A stretch of DNA of 63,778 bases, counting the filler, from Octopus bimaculoides (taxonomy: Eukaryota): NCBI RefSeq assembly GCF_001194135.2. It is 5 parts of 4 records of this genome, joined end to end, with 100 filler letters (N's around TTAATTAATTAA, not from the genome) between each part and the next. Parts side by side here need not be neighbours in the genome. Positions count along the whole stretch, not along the records: positions 1 to 30,968 come from NC_068982.1; 4 more parts are not named here. One strand, 5' to 3'. Below, one piece after another: positions 12,141-25,512 of the stretch. The position numbers and the translations under genes are program-made. The notes beneath the pieces are model-generated. The model did no database searches and was not told the DNA's origin. It saw only the letters and a list, made by a program, of their open reading frames with translations. Each line of letters begins with the position of its first letter. Position 1 is the stretch's first letter.

Positions 12141-13404
12141 ACCTTCATCACTGTAGTGTTTTGACTTTGCCTTGTACATACATTAACGTACATACGTATA
12201 TATGTATGTATGTATGTGTGTGTGTGTGTACATGTATGCATATTATGCAATACTTTTGTATCTGTAAGTCTTGTCCATAAGAACAAGAATACATACAAAC
12301 ACAAAATAGATTCATTAAGGCTCTTTATCATGTATTGAGTTCTTTGTTCAGCTAATATTTATTGCTTTTACTTATGAACACATCTGGTTGATCTACCCAC
12401 CTACCTGTCCACGTATTCCCCCATATGCATACACATACGTACACACGTTGTATGGAGACACAGAAAATAATTTGTGTGTGTGTGTGTGTGGCTGTGTACG
12501 TATTGTATGACATGTTGATATATTATCTTTATCTCCAACGCCTTATATGTGCTGGTGTATTCAGGTAAAACATACTGGTTCCTGTATGTTTTCGCAGTGA
12601 CGAACTGTCTTCAGTAATAATACATTTATTTTCGAACAGACAGAATAACTTGCTCGATTGCTTAGCTACGTCTGCTTAGCTGTGACGGATTAACTAAAAT
12701 AAATTGTCATTGATCACGACGGTAAAGCGAAGTCGTTAATCTTCCAGGGTTAAGACGAAAACAAAATAGGCGATGGCGGGGTGGAAGCTCTGAAGATAAA
12801 ATAACAACACGGGTAGAAAATAAAGTGGTGTACATGAGGAATAGGTTAGAGAGAGTTTTAGAGAGAATTAGTGGCGACTGGATGGGTGAGGCAGACGAGA
12901 AGGTTATCTCTTTGGAGGGAGGGTGGCAATATCGAACTGATAAAACTAAAATATACTCACGTCCTCTAGTATCGATTTTCTGGAGTGAATCAATGGAGTT
13001 GTGAGGTTACCGAACGAAATGGAATATCAATGGTTCACATATCCTCATGGATACTTGACTGTCATTAATTTAATCAGTCTAATGGTGGAGAACTACCAGA
13101 GGTACGTAAGTCCTGTCCCTGGTGGCAGCGGGAGTGCAGTGTCTGTTACGTTCAATCGTGTTGAGTTCGAATTCTCTCTTCGAGTTTGGGACTTTGACAG
13201 AAACGGCTAAAACATGGGTTAAGCACTTACATGAGTAACACCTTTAACTGGACATGAATATATAACTTCACATCCGTGATATTAAGGGTCAACGGAAAAA
13301 AAAAAATGAGATGAAACAAGGTGTAAGGGATGTCCAAGTTTAACCATTTTTGTCTTTTAACAATACATTTTAATCCGATATATATTTATCGGCTTCAGAT
13401 ATAT

Positions 13405-13590
13405 ATTCTTTTACTTGTTTCAGTAATTTGACTGCGGCCATGCTGGAGCACCGCCTTTAGTTGAACAAATCGACCCCAGAACTTATTCTTTGTAAGCCTA
13501 GTACTTTGACCATCGGTCACTTATGCCGAACAGCTAAGTTACGGGGACGTGAACACACCGACATCGGTTGTCAAGTGATGGTGGTGGTGG
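13405..13590 (-). mobile_element. CORE-type SINE tail
   Basis: Reverse complement of the tail of 1472-1858. Confidence 0.7.
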
Positions 13591-14452
13591 GGAGAAACAC
13601 ACACACACACATNNNNNNNNNNNNNNNNNNNNNNNNNNNNNNNNNNNNNNNNNNNNNNNNNNNNNNNNNNNNNNNNNNNNNNNNNNNNNNNNNNNNNNNN
13701 NNNNNNNNNNNNNNNNNNNNNNNNNNNNNNNNNNNNNNNNNNNNNNNNNNNNNNNNNNNNNNNNNNNNNNNNNNNNNNNNNNNNNNNNNNNNNNNNNNNN
13801 NNNNNNNNNNNNNNNNNNNNNNNNNNNNNNNNNNNNNNNNNNNNNNNNNNNNNNNNNNNNNNNNNNNNNNNNNNNNNNNNNNNNNNNNNNNNNNNNNNNN
13901 NNNNNNNNNNNNNNNNNNNNNNNNNNNNNNNNNNNNNNNNNNNNNNNNNNNNNNNNNNNNNNNNNNNNNNNNNNNNNNNNNNNNNNNNNNNNNNNNNNNN
14001 NNNNNNNNNNNNNNNNNNNNNNNNNNNNNNNNNNNNNNNNNNNNNNNNNNNNNNNNNNNNNNNNNNNNNNNNNNNNNNNNNNNNNNNNNNNNNNNNNNNN
14101 NNNNNNNNNNNNNNNNNNNNNNNNNNNNNNNNNNNNNNNNNNNNNNNNNNNNNNNNNNNNNNNNNNNNNNNNNNNNNNNNNNNNNNNNNNNNNNNNNNNN
14201 NNNNNNNNNNNNNNNNNNNNNNNNNNNNNNNNNNNNNNNNNNNNNNNNNNNNNNNNNNNNNNNNNNNNNNNNNNNNNNNNNNNNNNNNNNNNNNNNNNNN
14301 NNNNNNNNNNNNNNNNNNNNNNNNNNNNNNNNNNNNNNNNNNNNNNNNNNNNNNNNNNNNNNNNNNNNNNTACATATATATACTCTTTCTACGGAAGTAG
14401 AAGGACAGACAAACCATAAGAGGGAAAGGAATGTGTTTATAAGAAAAATTGC

Positions 14453-14485
<33 letters not shown>

Positions 14486-14524
14486 CGTGAGCATGTGTTT
14501 TATTAAGTTTGTGTTGGACACCAC

Positions 14525-14705
14525 CACTGCTTGACAACCGGTGTTGGTGTGTTTATGACCCTGTAACTTAGCGGCTCGGCAAAAGTGTCCGATAGAATAA
14601 GTATTAGGCTTTAGAAAAAATGTCCTGGGGTCTATTCATTCGACTAAAATTCTTCTAGGCGGTGCCCCAGTATGGCCCCAGTCAAATGACTGAAACAAGT
14701 ACAGA
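14525..14705 (+). mobile_element. CORE-type SINE tail
   Basis: TTGACAACCGGTGTTGGTG..GGCGGTGCCCCAGTATGGCC..GAAACAAG. Confidence 0.7.
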
Positions 14706-15617
14706 GAATTGGTGTCCAGGTGAGATAAACTCTAAAACTTGCGTTAAACATCGCACACACGCACACACACACACGCACGCACACACACACTCTCTAGACA
14801 TACGCGTACACACACGCACGCGCGCGCTTATACAGTGCTATCTTCGTCGTCATTGCTGAAACAAACATCAGCACGTGCGCACACGTATGCACACACGCAC
14901 GCATACACGCAGACACATAAATGCACACACACGTGCGCGCACGCGCACACACCTACGCGCGCGCGCACATGTGCTGTGATTAACGTTTGCTGTCAATTGA
15001 TTAGATGCTCTTGATCATTTTACGCTCGCGCGCACGCCCACCCACCCACNNNNNNNNNNNNNNNNNNNNNNNNNNNNNNNNNNNNNNNNNNNNNNNNNNN
15101 NNNNNNNNNNNNNNNNNNNNNNNNNNNNNNNNNNNNNNNNNNNNNNNNNNNNNNNNNNNNNNNNNNNNNNNNNNNNNNNNNNNNNNNNNNNNNNNNNNNN
15201 NNNNNNNNNNNNNNNNNNNNNNNNNNNNNNNNNNNNNNNNNNNNNNNNNNNNNNNNNNNNNNNNNNNNNNNNNNNNNNNNNNNNNNNNNNNNNNNNNNNN
15301 NNNNNNNNNNNNNNNNNNNNNNNNNNNNNNNNNNNNNNNNNNNNNNNNNNNNNNNNNNNNNNNNNNNNNNNNNNNNNNNNNNNNNNNNNNNNNNNNNNNN
15401 NNNNNNNNNNNNNNNNNNNNNNNNNNNNNNNNNNNNNNNNNNNNNNNNNNNNNNNNNNNNNNNNNNNNNNNNNNNNNNNNNNNNNNNNNNNNNNNNNNNN
15501 NNNNNNNNNNNNNNNNNNNNNNNNNNNNNNNNNNNNNNNNNNNNNNNNNNNNNNNNNNNNNNNNNNNNNNNGAGGTAATGCATGTTTGGCTGCCTTCGGT
15601 TGTTGCTGCTGTCCGTC

Positions 15618-15728
15618 GCTGCTGTATTTAGCTGTTGCTGCTGCTCTGGTTGTCTGTTGCTGTTGTATTTAGCTGTTGCTGCTGCTCTGGTTGTCTGTTG
15701 CTGCTGTATTTAGCTGTTGCTGCTGCTT
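15618..15728. repeat. 41-bp minisatellite, about 2.7 copies
   Basis: Unit GCTGCTGTATTTAGCTGTTGCTGCTGCTCTGGTTGTCTGTT. Confidence 0.85.
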
Positions 15729-15839
15729 CAGTGTTTGCCTGCTGTTGATGATGATGTCGTTGCTATCATGAGCAAAACGAAGGAACCACTCTGTGGCCGA
15801 TCAGCCTGCTAGAAATAATAGCCTAACTTCTTTTACTTT

Positions 15840-16015
15840 ATATGAGACTGAAGGAACGATATATCGAATAATTTATTCGTAGAAGCGAAATAAACGCCAT
15901 AGATGCTTTGCCTCACACGGAAACTGCAGGAGGTACTCAAAGGTTCTGCAAGATCTTCTAAAGCCATCATTTTATCAGCAGGTCTCAAGGATCCAAGTGT
16001 TTCGCACTCATACAT
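15840..16015 (-). mobile_element. Decayed RTE-like RT fragment
   Basis: MYECETLGSLRPADK resembles the RTE YGCETW.L...D motif. Confidence 0.4.
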
Positions 16016-16426
16016 AATATTACTGGATTAGCGACAGAGTTAGTCTCCTTACCACCTCCATTCAGATGCACGGGAATATATATGATGTTCTAAACACCGA
16101 TTATTTACAGTGTAATTTAAATTTTAAATCACACTATTTATATGTCTTGTCCACTATTCCATCATACTTTTTTGTTACTTATCGTTCTCTCTCGATATGA
16201 ATAGCATACAGCACGTGAACGTGACCGTTGTGCAATGTAAGAGCACACGTTTTGATGCAAATCTGATGAAATGTCACTCTGAATCTAATCAACCACAAAT
16301 ATTACGTCACATTTCGCGCGAAATCATTTACGTGCAATGGCGTTCAAAACAGAGTGGTACCGAAACAATTGTAATTTGTTATATAGATGTGCTCTGTGTG
16401 TGTGTGTGTGTGTGTGTACGCGCAAG

Positions 16427-16552
16427 CGAGGATGTGTAGTAAGATGTTTGCTTCGCAGCCACATGGTTCCGGGGTTCAGTCCTACTGTAGCCCCGAGCCA
16501 ACTAAAACCTTGTGAGTAGATTTGGTAGACAGAAACTGAAAGAAGCCCGTTG
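16427..16552 (+). mobile_element. CORE-type SINE head
   Basis: GGTTCCGGGGTTCAGTCC..GGTAGACAGAAACTGAAAGAAGCCCG. Confidence 0.7.
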
Positions 16553-17690
16553 TGTATATCAATGTGCAGACAATACTCCAGACCAAACAGACCAAATAAG
16601 AATTCATTAGGAATGTTCGCTTATTAAAAAATAAAAGCCGCTACTGAACAGGCTATAAAAAAAAAACATCAGTAATACCGGATTCACCATTTCCTATGAA
16701 TTGATTATCGTAGAATGTCTGTTTGGGGCTCATTCTTAAGAAAACCAAAATTCGTGTAGCAGCTACCATCTATCGTTTTTACCCCACGCCTCGTTATCTT
16801 ACTTACTCCACACCTTGTTAACATAGAAGAGATATGTTTTAACATGTTCCTTGGGAGGGAAATAGCACTAATTAATAACATTATTGTTCGACAGACTAAT
16901 AAACAATAATTATCTCTAACACTCTCATTATTATTATTATTATATCACTTATTTATATCTCTCTTTTCTAACTCTCAAATAACATATTCAATGGTTTTGA
17001 ACAAAACTGTCCGATGAACGGGAACGTGAAACTCAGAGTAACAGTCTTTTGTTATATTTCTGCTGCTTTTAAATAAAGTACATATATATATATATATATA
17101 NNNNNNNNNNNNNNNNNNNNNNNNNNNNNNNNNNNNNNNNNNNNNNNNNNNNNNNNNNNNNNNNNNNNNNNNNNNNNNNNNNNNNNNNNNNNNNNNNNNN
17201 NNNNNNNNNNNNNNNNNNNNNNNNNNNNNNNNNNNNNNNNNNNNNNNNNNNNNNNNNNNNNNNNNNNNNNNNNNNNNTAATTTATATAAGGGCATTAACT
17301 ATATAGTAATGCCTCACGCTTAGAGGGACTAAATAAGTCAAAAACTACCAAAAAATAAGCAACATATTTACCGAAAGCGAGGGAAATGCAACTTTCAAAA
17401 ATTAATCTCCTAAAAACATTTAGCTTAACGGCAAACCACTGGTTTCTCAATTAATACAGCAAAACTGTGAAGTAAGCTGCATCTTTTGTTCATCAGTACA
17501 CGTATGGTCGAGACACATAAAAAATAAACACAAATCAAAATACCACAATGTACCCAAACACAGCACGATGACTTCTGTTCATCATTATATATCCATGAAA
17601 GAGGTTAGAATGTATCCAGTTGCATCTCGGTAACACGTGCTTATACAGAATAAATACTTGATAAATTCTTATAAAGATTTTATCCTATAT

Positions 17691-17729
<39 letters not shown>

Positions 17730-18662
17730 NNNNNNNNNNNNNNNNNNNNNNNNNNNNNNNNNNNNNNNNNNNNNNNNNNNNNNNNNNNNNNNNNNNNNNN
17801 NNNNNNNNNNNNNNNNNNNNNNNNNNNNNNNNNNNNNNNNNNNNNNNNNNNNNNNNNNNNNNNNNNNNNNNNNNNNNNNNNNNNNNNNNNNNNNNNNNNN
17901 NNNNNNNNNNNNNNNNNNNNNNNNNNNNNNNNNNNNNNNNNNNNNNNNNNNNNNNNNNNNNNNNNNNNNNNNNNNNNNNNNNNNNNNNNNNNNNNNNNNN
18001 NNNNNNNNNNNNNNNNNNNNNNNNNNNNNNNNNNNNNNNNNNNNNNNNNNNNNNNNNNNNNNNNNNNNNNNNNNNNNNNNNNNNNNNNNNNNNNNNNNNN
18101 NNNNNNNNNNNNNNNNNNNNNNNNNNNNNNNNNNNNNNNNNNNNNNNNNNNNNNNNNNNNNNNNNNNNNNNNNNNNNNNNNNNNNNNNNNNNNNNNNNNN
18201 NNNNNNNNNNNNNNNNNNNNNNNNNNNNNNNNNNNNNNNNNNNNNNNNNNNNNNNNNNNNNNNNNNNNNNNNNNNNNNNNNNNNNNNNNNNNNNNNNNNN
18301 NNNNNNNNNNNNNNNNNNNNNNNNNNNNNNNNNNNNNNNNNNNNNNNNNNNNNNNNNNNNNNNNNNNNNNNNNNNNNNNNNNNNNNNNNNNNNNNNNNNN
18401 NNNNNNNNNNNNNNNNNNNNNNNNNNNNNNNNNNNNNNNNNNNNNNNNNNNNNNNNNNNNNNNNNNNNNNNNNNNNNNNNNNNNNNNNNNNNNNNNNNNN
18501 NNNNNNNNNNNNNNNNNNNNNNNGATATCTTACATTCAGTTGATGTAAGATTGAGATCGACCAACGAAGGACCCAAAAAGAGATCAGTCACGTGATAAAT
18601 AAATAAAAACTTGAATAAATAAATTATATAAATATTTGAATGTTTAAATAAATAAAATTATA

Positions 18663-18868
18663 AGGCAGCGAACGGGCAGAATCGATTCTGCGACAAAAAA
18701 GAAAAAAATGTTGAGCGGCGTTTCGTCCATCCTTACGTTCGGAGTTCAAATTCCGCCAAGGTTGACTTTGCCTTTCAGAGTCGATAAAATAATTACCAGT
18801 TGTGCACAGGGGTCGATGTAATCTCCCCAGAAATTGCTGACCTTGTAGCAAAATTTGAAACTAATTTG
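18663..18868 (-). mobile_element. SINE (TTA-tail family)
   Basis: GAGTTCAAATTCCGCC..GACTTTGCCTTTC domain. The text reads in the same sense as 30457, so the strand call is uncertain. Confidence 0.55.
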
Positions 18869-19071
18869 TTGGAATTATGTAACTTTTAGAAAAAGAAAGC
18901 AATTTATAAGTCTAAAATGTCTAGAATTTTTTTTATAAATTCCAATTTTAATATATTCTTATCAAAGTGAGGTTTTTATATTTCTTTTATTAATGAGCAT
19001 TCAAACACATACTTCAACCGCAATGTTAATTCTCGTTCATTGCAGCATCTTTCTCTCTCTTTCTCTCTTTA

Positions 19072-19122
<51 letters not shown>

Positions 19123-19859
19123 NNNNNNNNNNNNNNNNNNNNNNNNNNNNNNNNNNNNNNNNNNNNNNNNNNNNNNNNNNNNNNNNNNNNNNNNNNNNNN
19201 NNNNNNNNNNNNNNNNNNNNNNNNNNNNNNNNNNNNNNNNNNNNNNNNNNNNNNNNNNNNNNNNNNNNNNNNNNNNNNNNNNNNNNNNNNNNNNNNNNNN
19301 NNNNNNNNNNNNNNNNNNNNNNNNNNNNNNNNNNNNNNNNNNNNNNNNNNNNNNNNNNNNNNNNNNNNNNNNNNNNNNNNNNNNNNNNNNNNNNNNNNNN
19401 NNNNNNNNNNNNNNNNNNNNNNNNNNNNNNNNNNNNNNNNNNNNNNNNNNNNNNNNNNNNNNNNNNNNNNNNNNNNNNNNNNNNNNNNNNNNNNNNNNNN
19501 NNNNNNNNNNNNNNNNNNNNNNNNNNNNNNNNNNNNNNNNNNNNNNNNNNNNNNNNNNATATATATATATATATATATATAATTGAAACTATATATATTC
19601 CTCGCCTACTGTTGTTTTTCTATTATTTGGTGCCTTCTGGCGGTTGAATTAATAATTTAGCTCCTATTTTTAATCAGGTCGATGCTTATTTCGCATCCTC
19701 ATCCCTTGTGCTAACTTTAAATTTTATAACTGTATAATGCTATTAGCCCTGTTGAACCTTTTATGTCACTGCTGTTAATATTATCAATTAACATTATTCA
19801 CCGCAGATGATATTAACAATAGTAACATTTTCGAATGTAAACACTCAAATGTTCTTGCT

Positions 19860-19903
<44 letters not shown>

Positions 19904-20756
19904 TAGATAGATAGATAGATGTGAGTATATGTGGTGTTGTGTATATATATGTATATATGTGTTTATATGTGTATAATATATACAAGTATATGTGTATGTA
20001 TATATATATATATATAGACTGCTTCGTTTACTTTCGATTTCCGCTCGATAAATTTTACTTTGTCGAAACAAGCATTGGCCGGCTTCCGTTGAAAGTCTGC
20101 AAGGATTGCGGCTGCGTTTGTAGAGAAGAACGTCTTGAACTTGAGAAAATTTATCAGAAATCTGATTGTTGTGTCAAGATAGATGATGAAAAAGGTTACT
20201 TTGATTAATCAGGGATGCATCCTGTTGCTCTTCTAACAAATTTTATTATAAAAACAGTATTTGACATCAATAAATTTGGAGTCCAATGGAAAGATGGAAA
20301 TGGTTGATTGACCTGAACTTTTGCAATGGTAATATTGTAACAGTCGGCAGTATGTGGAGAAGAACTCATTTAACGTTTGAGGGAAGTGGTGAAGAAAACA
20401 GCACGAAATCAAAGTGAAATCGATGCAAGGAATAGTGTTCTGTATATTCAGAAAGGAGACAACAGTATTTCGGTGTAGATATAAATTGTGGCCCATCAAC
20501 ACACATGAGACCAACACCACCATTTACTGTACAACATCGTCATACTACCATCGGTGAAGGAAACTGCGAAAATCACTAAAATGGTGGATGTCTTTCGGCA
20601 AAGCAGCCGAGAAAAATCCTGACAATCTTGTACCATGAACGTCTGAGAAATTAAGTTTTTTTTAATTTACAAAGGGTATCGTCGCGAAGATTTGAAGAAC
20701 GAAGATTGTGACAGAACGGTCACGTTGGGCGGTGGCCAGGTTATCCAAAGATAGTG

Positions 20757-20807
<51 letters not shown>

Positions 20808-21166
20808 TGTGTGTGTGTGTATGTGTGTGTGTGTGTGTGTATGGGGGATTGGTAAAAAAAATAGCAATAATATATTAGAATTCGATTGAGCTGATTGCAC
20901 GTTTCCTATAAACGTAGTTATGTATTTGAAAATCTTCATTTTTACTAATCTTGTTAAAAGTTGTGGGTTTAGTCCAGAATAGTGATGTTAAGGCGGTCAT
21001 GCGTCTAAAGAATAACAATGGCTGCATACATTGGATATATTTTGTAGAATCATTTAAGTAGAGAACGTGTGAGTGGGGGGGGAGAAAGAGAGAAGAGGAG
21101 AGAGAGAATGTAGGAGAAGAAAAGAAACATTTGACATTTTAACCTATTAGAAAAAGAACGAATAAG

Positions 21167-21259
21167 TCAGTAGAGAAGTAACAAGCAGTGGCGGTGCTCC
21201 AGCGGGGCTTGATCGCTCTTTTTTTGTTTTGTGTTGCATTTGTCAAAGAACCTTGAGAA
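21167..21259 (+). promoter_or_regulatory. Candidate initiator (TCAGT) and non-coding first exon ending at GAA|GTAAGC
   Basis: Motif-level only. Unique, CpG-containing sequence downstream of a GA-rich tract. Confidence 0.2.
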
Positions 21260-21544
21260 GTAAGCATTTGCTAAGCAGTGACTGGCTGCCGTTTGTATTC
21301 GTATTTGCTTTGTCTATAAGGGTTGGTGCGTGTGGCTCACGAGCCGGCAGCAGCCGATGGCCACATGTACGTCAGCCATTCACTGTCCCAGCACCACCTC
21401 CGAACTCTTTTATCTTCCACGCTAAACAACTAAATACACCGCTTGGCCTCCAAACCTTTTCTCCCACTCCATTTCTGTAGAATGTCCTCCCACTCTCTCA
21501 TCTTCCCCCTTTTTTCTTTCACCCCATTGCTCATTCCTCCCCCC

Positions 21545-21578
<34 letters not shown>

Positions 21579-21861
21579 AGTAATCTATATGTTTTTAATG
21601 TCTACGAACATGCACACAAACATTTACTTATATATGTATGTATGTATGTATGTATGTCTCTCACTCTCTCTGTACCCCCCCCACGTACATATGTGTGTGT
21701 GTGTGTGTTTTATGTGTACCATTGGTTGGGACTAAAGAGGAGAATGTGTGGCCAGTGTGCACGCATGCCTTCTCCTTTGCGCTTGTGTGTAAGTTTAATA
21801 AATTGTGAATGAGTCTGCACACGCTTCATAAACATACATTCACCGTTGCTTGTGTCAACAG

Positions 21862-21962
21862 AAACTGATGTACAACCACACGGTTATGTCTCTCACTACC
21901 CCTCCTCCTCTCGCCCGGAGAACTGCTCGACGAGTTGCCACTGGTTATTGCCGTTTTATCAG
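21862..21962 (+). CDS. Candidate internal exon, phase 1->0, TDVQPHGYVSHYPSSSRPENCSTSCHWLLPFYQ
   Basis: TCAACAG| acceptor, CAG|GTGTGT donor, open frame phase-compatible with the 26601 exon. Confidence 0.22.
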
Positions 21963-22077
21963 GTGTGTGTAGCCATGTTTGTCCAACGGAGAGAGAGGGG
22001 GGGGTGAAGGAAAGCAGAGAGACAAACGAAGCAATTTAGATATTTATGCTGTGTGTGTGTATCTTCTATGTTTTATA

Positions 22078-22470
22078 TTTTACTTGTTTCAGTCATTAGA
22101 CTGCGGTCATGCTGGGGCATCGCCTTGAAAATTTTTTAATCGAAGATATCGACCTCAGTACCTATTTTTTAAAGCCTGGTACTTATTCTATCGTTCACGT
22201 TTGCCGAACCGCTAAGTTACGCGGACGTAAACAAAACAACACTGGTTGTCAAGCTGTGTTGGGAGACAGATACACACACACAGTTATACATACATGCATA
22301 CATACATATATACATGTGCGTGTGTGTACTGTTTGTCTTCTTTTAGTTTCCGTCTACCAAATCCACTCACAAAAGCTTTGGTCGGCCCAAGGCTATAGTA
22401 GAAAACACTTGCCCAAGGTGCCACGTTGTGGGACTGAACCCGGAACCATATGGTTGGGAAACAAGCTTCT
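22078..22470 (-). mobile_element. Full CORE-type SINE
   Basis: Tail, internal microsatellite and head in reverse orientation. Confidence 0.8.
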
Positions 22471-22952
22471 TGTAAAATATTGGGTTAAAAATCTCTTTGG
22501 ATGGAAAAAGTCAAAGGCTTCTCATAGGATTTGAACTCATATTATTTATAAACATGGCAGACGTTCTACCATTGTACCAAAGCAATCTTTCGAATTTATC
22601 CAGTTTAGAAGCTAAGTTGTTATCAGTCATAATTCTTTGTTGTTTTCCAGGATGACGTGAAATAAATCTTCGTTTTTAGCAATGGGACTCGACGTAGATA
22701 AAGCTATAAATAAGAGTGTATAAATATCGGTTTAAAAAACTCCTTGAATAGGGAAGTCGAAAACTGCTCGAAGCACTAAAACACACAATTCCTGTAAACA
22801 TGGTCCAATGTTTACCTACAGATGAAGCGACGTGGTGTCGGTAGTAGGGGACCCCGATGTAGGATTTTGCTAGAAAAATATTACATTCGCATACAATCTT
22901 CTCCATGTCTGTCTGTTGTCTGTCTAAATGCGTGTGTATATATGTGTGTGTG

Positions 22953-22986
<34 letters not shown>

Positions 22987-23005
22987 TATATATATCAGTG
23001 TGTGT

Positions 23006-23038
<33 letters not shown>

Positions 23039-23463
23039 NNNNNNNNNNNNNNNNNNNNNNNNNNNNNNNNNNNNNNNNNNNNNNNNNNNNNNNNNNNNNN
23101 NNNNNNNNNNNNNNNNNNNNNNNNNNNNNNNNNNNNNNNNNNNNNNNNNNNNNNNNNNNNNNNNNNNNNNNNNNNNNNNNNNNNNNNNNNNNNNNNNNNN
23201 NNNNNNNNNNNNNNNNNNNNNNNNNNNNNNNNNNNNNNNNNNNNNNNNNNNNNNNNNNNNNNNNNNNNNNNNNNNNNNNNNNNNNNNNNNNNNNNNNNNN
23301 NNNNNNNNNNNNNNNNNNNNNNNNNNNNNNNNNNNNNNNNNNNNNNNNNNNNNNNNNNNNNNNNNNNNNNNNNNNNNNNNNNNNNNNNNNNNNNNNNNNN
23401 NNNNNNNNNNNNNNNNNNNNNNNNNNNNNNNNNNNNNNNNNNNNNNNNNNNNNNNNNNCATAA

Positions 23464-23515
<52 letters not shown>

Positions 23516-23577
23516 GCGAGTAAAAATAAATACAAAAAAGGTGGGTTTTTTTGTATGATTGTGTATATATATACAAC

Positions 23578-23700
23578 GGGCTTCTTTCAGTTTCCGTCTA
23601 CCAAATCCACTCACAAGGCTTTGATCGGCCCGAGGCTATTGTAGAAGACACATGCCTAAGGTGCCACACAGTGGGACTGAACCCGGAGCCATATGCTTGG
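23578..23700 (-). mobile_element. CORE-type SINE head
   Basis: CTTCTTTCAGTTTCCGTCTACCAAATCC..GTGGGACTGAACCCGG. Confidence 0.75.
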
Positions 23701-25286
23701 GAAACAACGTGTGTGGGGGTATTTGTACGTGTACTTCTTTTTCCTTGTGTGTTGGGTTCTTTGGGTGCTTGGATAAAATGCGGATGTCAAGTCAGCCCAG
23801 TGTGCCTCCATGTTCGTCTTTGGCATGTTGCTAGCATATGGAGGACTGTTTTCTGTCGACATATTCTCTCAGATGCACATTNNNNNNNNNNNNNNNNNNN
23901 NNNNNNNNNNNNNNNNNNNNNNNNNNNNNNNNNNNNNNNNNNNNNNNNNNNNNNNNNNNNNNNNNNNNNNNNNNNNNNNNNTTGGTGGATGGAGTTAGCT
24001 ACGTGCTGGATGCTCTCCATTATGCTCCTCTCGGTTCCTACAGTTACAAGAGTTTGTCCTAACTAGAATATTCATGTCATCCACATCGCTACAGTAAAGC
24101 AAAACAGTTGTGGATTGTTCAGTTAAGGATTTTTAAAGTTTTCTGTCCCACCAGGTCATGAAGAGACCAGTCACACCGACGCCAATGGCTGCACCTTGAA
24201 CCTGCATCTATAGTTTCCTGTTAGACTTTACTACCTGGTTCTTCAGGGTGGTTCTTATGCTAGCCCCTATTGCATGTGCAGTCATTCTGGTTGTTCCCAG
24301 GGTCTTGGGTGGGTATGGTCCACCCCTCCAGCGCTCTGCAGTATTTTGTTTTCCCTGTCAGGTGATGAGGGGTCGGCTTCCCCTCTGTGACCTGTGGGGC
24401 AGAAGCTACTAAGGGCCATGATTGTCTAGGTAGTTACAGTCATAGGTGAGTTTAAGGAGGAGGAGGAGGAGGAGGCCCAGTTCCTTCGCGTTGACTTCAC
24501 GGAACTCTACTTCACTCTCACAGATAATCTCAATGCATTTTTCAACAGCAAAATCTATGTCTATTGATGGCTAGAGTGAAACTACATCCCTACTACCCAC
24601 TACACAACTTGCGAGATCGTTGGAATGGTTGCAACTATTGATTCTACTGAGGAGATCCTCCGTGCTCACACAGACATCCGGGCATATTTCAATGAGTGGT
24701 CGTAACACACATGAGAGGATGTAGGATAGCCTATAATTGTCCTGTTTTTGTTCCTAACTTTGACCCTCCATAAACCCTAAAAGATAGATAGATACACACA
24801 CACACACACACACATCTATATGTTTGTATGTATGTGTGAATGAGCGTATGCGCGCACGCGTGTCTGTGTGTGTGAGTGTATAATTTATGTGGACAGTAGT
24901 GGGATTTGCATTCATAAAAAATACCACAAGGTATTTTGTTTCCCACTCTACTAATTCGATCTTCCAATCAATTCCATCATATCTAACGACACTTATTCCC
25001 AACGAGGAAATTTCTCCGTGATCGCTCCACCTGTTAGAAATAGCAGCCAAATGTCCTTCAGGTTGCACCCTAAAGCATCATCAAAACAAAATGAAATATA
25101 ATAAAAACACAGCAATAGAAAAAAAAAATTCAGTGTAGACTCACCTTTGGGGTTCCGAGGGGCGGGAACAGTCGCGACTGTAACGTTATGGATCTGCTGG
25201 CTCTGAGCTGACCTAGGGCTAAACAACAAACAACAACAGCAACAACAACCAAAGTAGATGACACTCGTTTAGAGGACGGCAAATGG

Positions 25287-25512
25287 CTGTGTGTATATAA
25301 TGTGTGTGTATAATGTGTGTATATAATGTGTGTGTATAATGTGTGTGTATATTGTGTGTGTATAATGTGTGTGTATAATGTGTGTGTATAATGTGTGTGT
25401 ATAATGTGTGTATATAATGTGTGTGTATAATGTGTGTATATAATGTGTGTGTATAATGTGTGTATATAATGTGTGTATATAATGTGTGTATATAATGTGT
25501 GTGTATAATGTG
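25287..25512. repeat. 11-13 bp minisatellite (TGTGTGTRTATAA-type), about 18 copies
   Basis: Read directly. It produces the spurious HTHY-rich ORFs. Confidence 0.9.
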
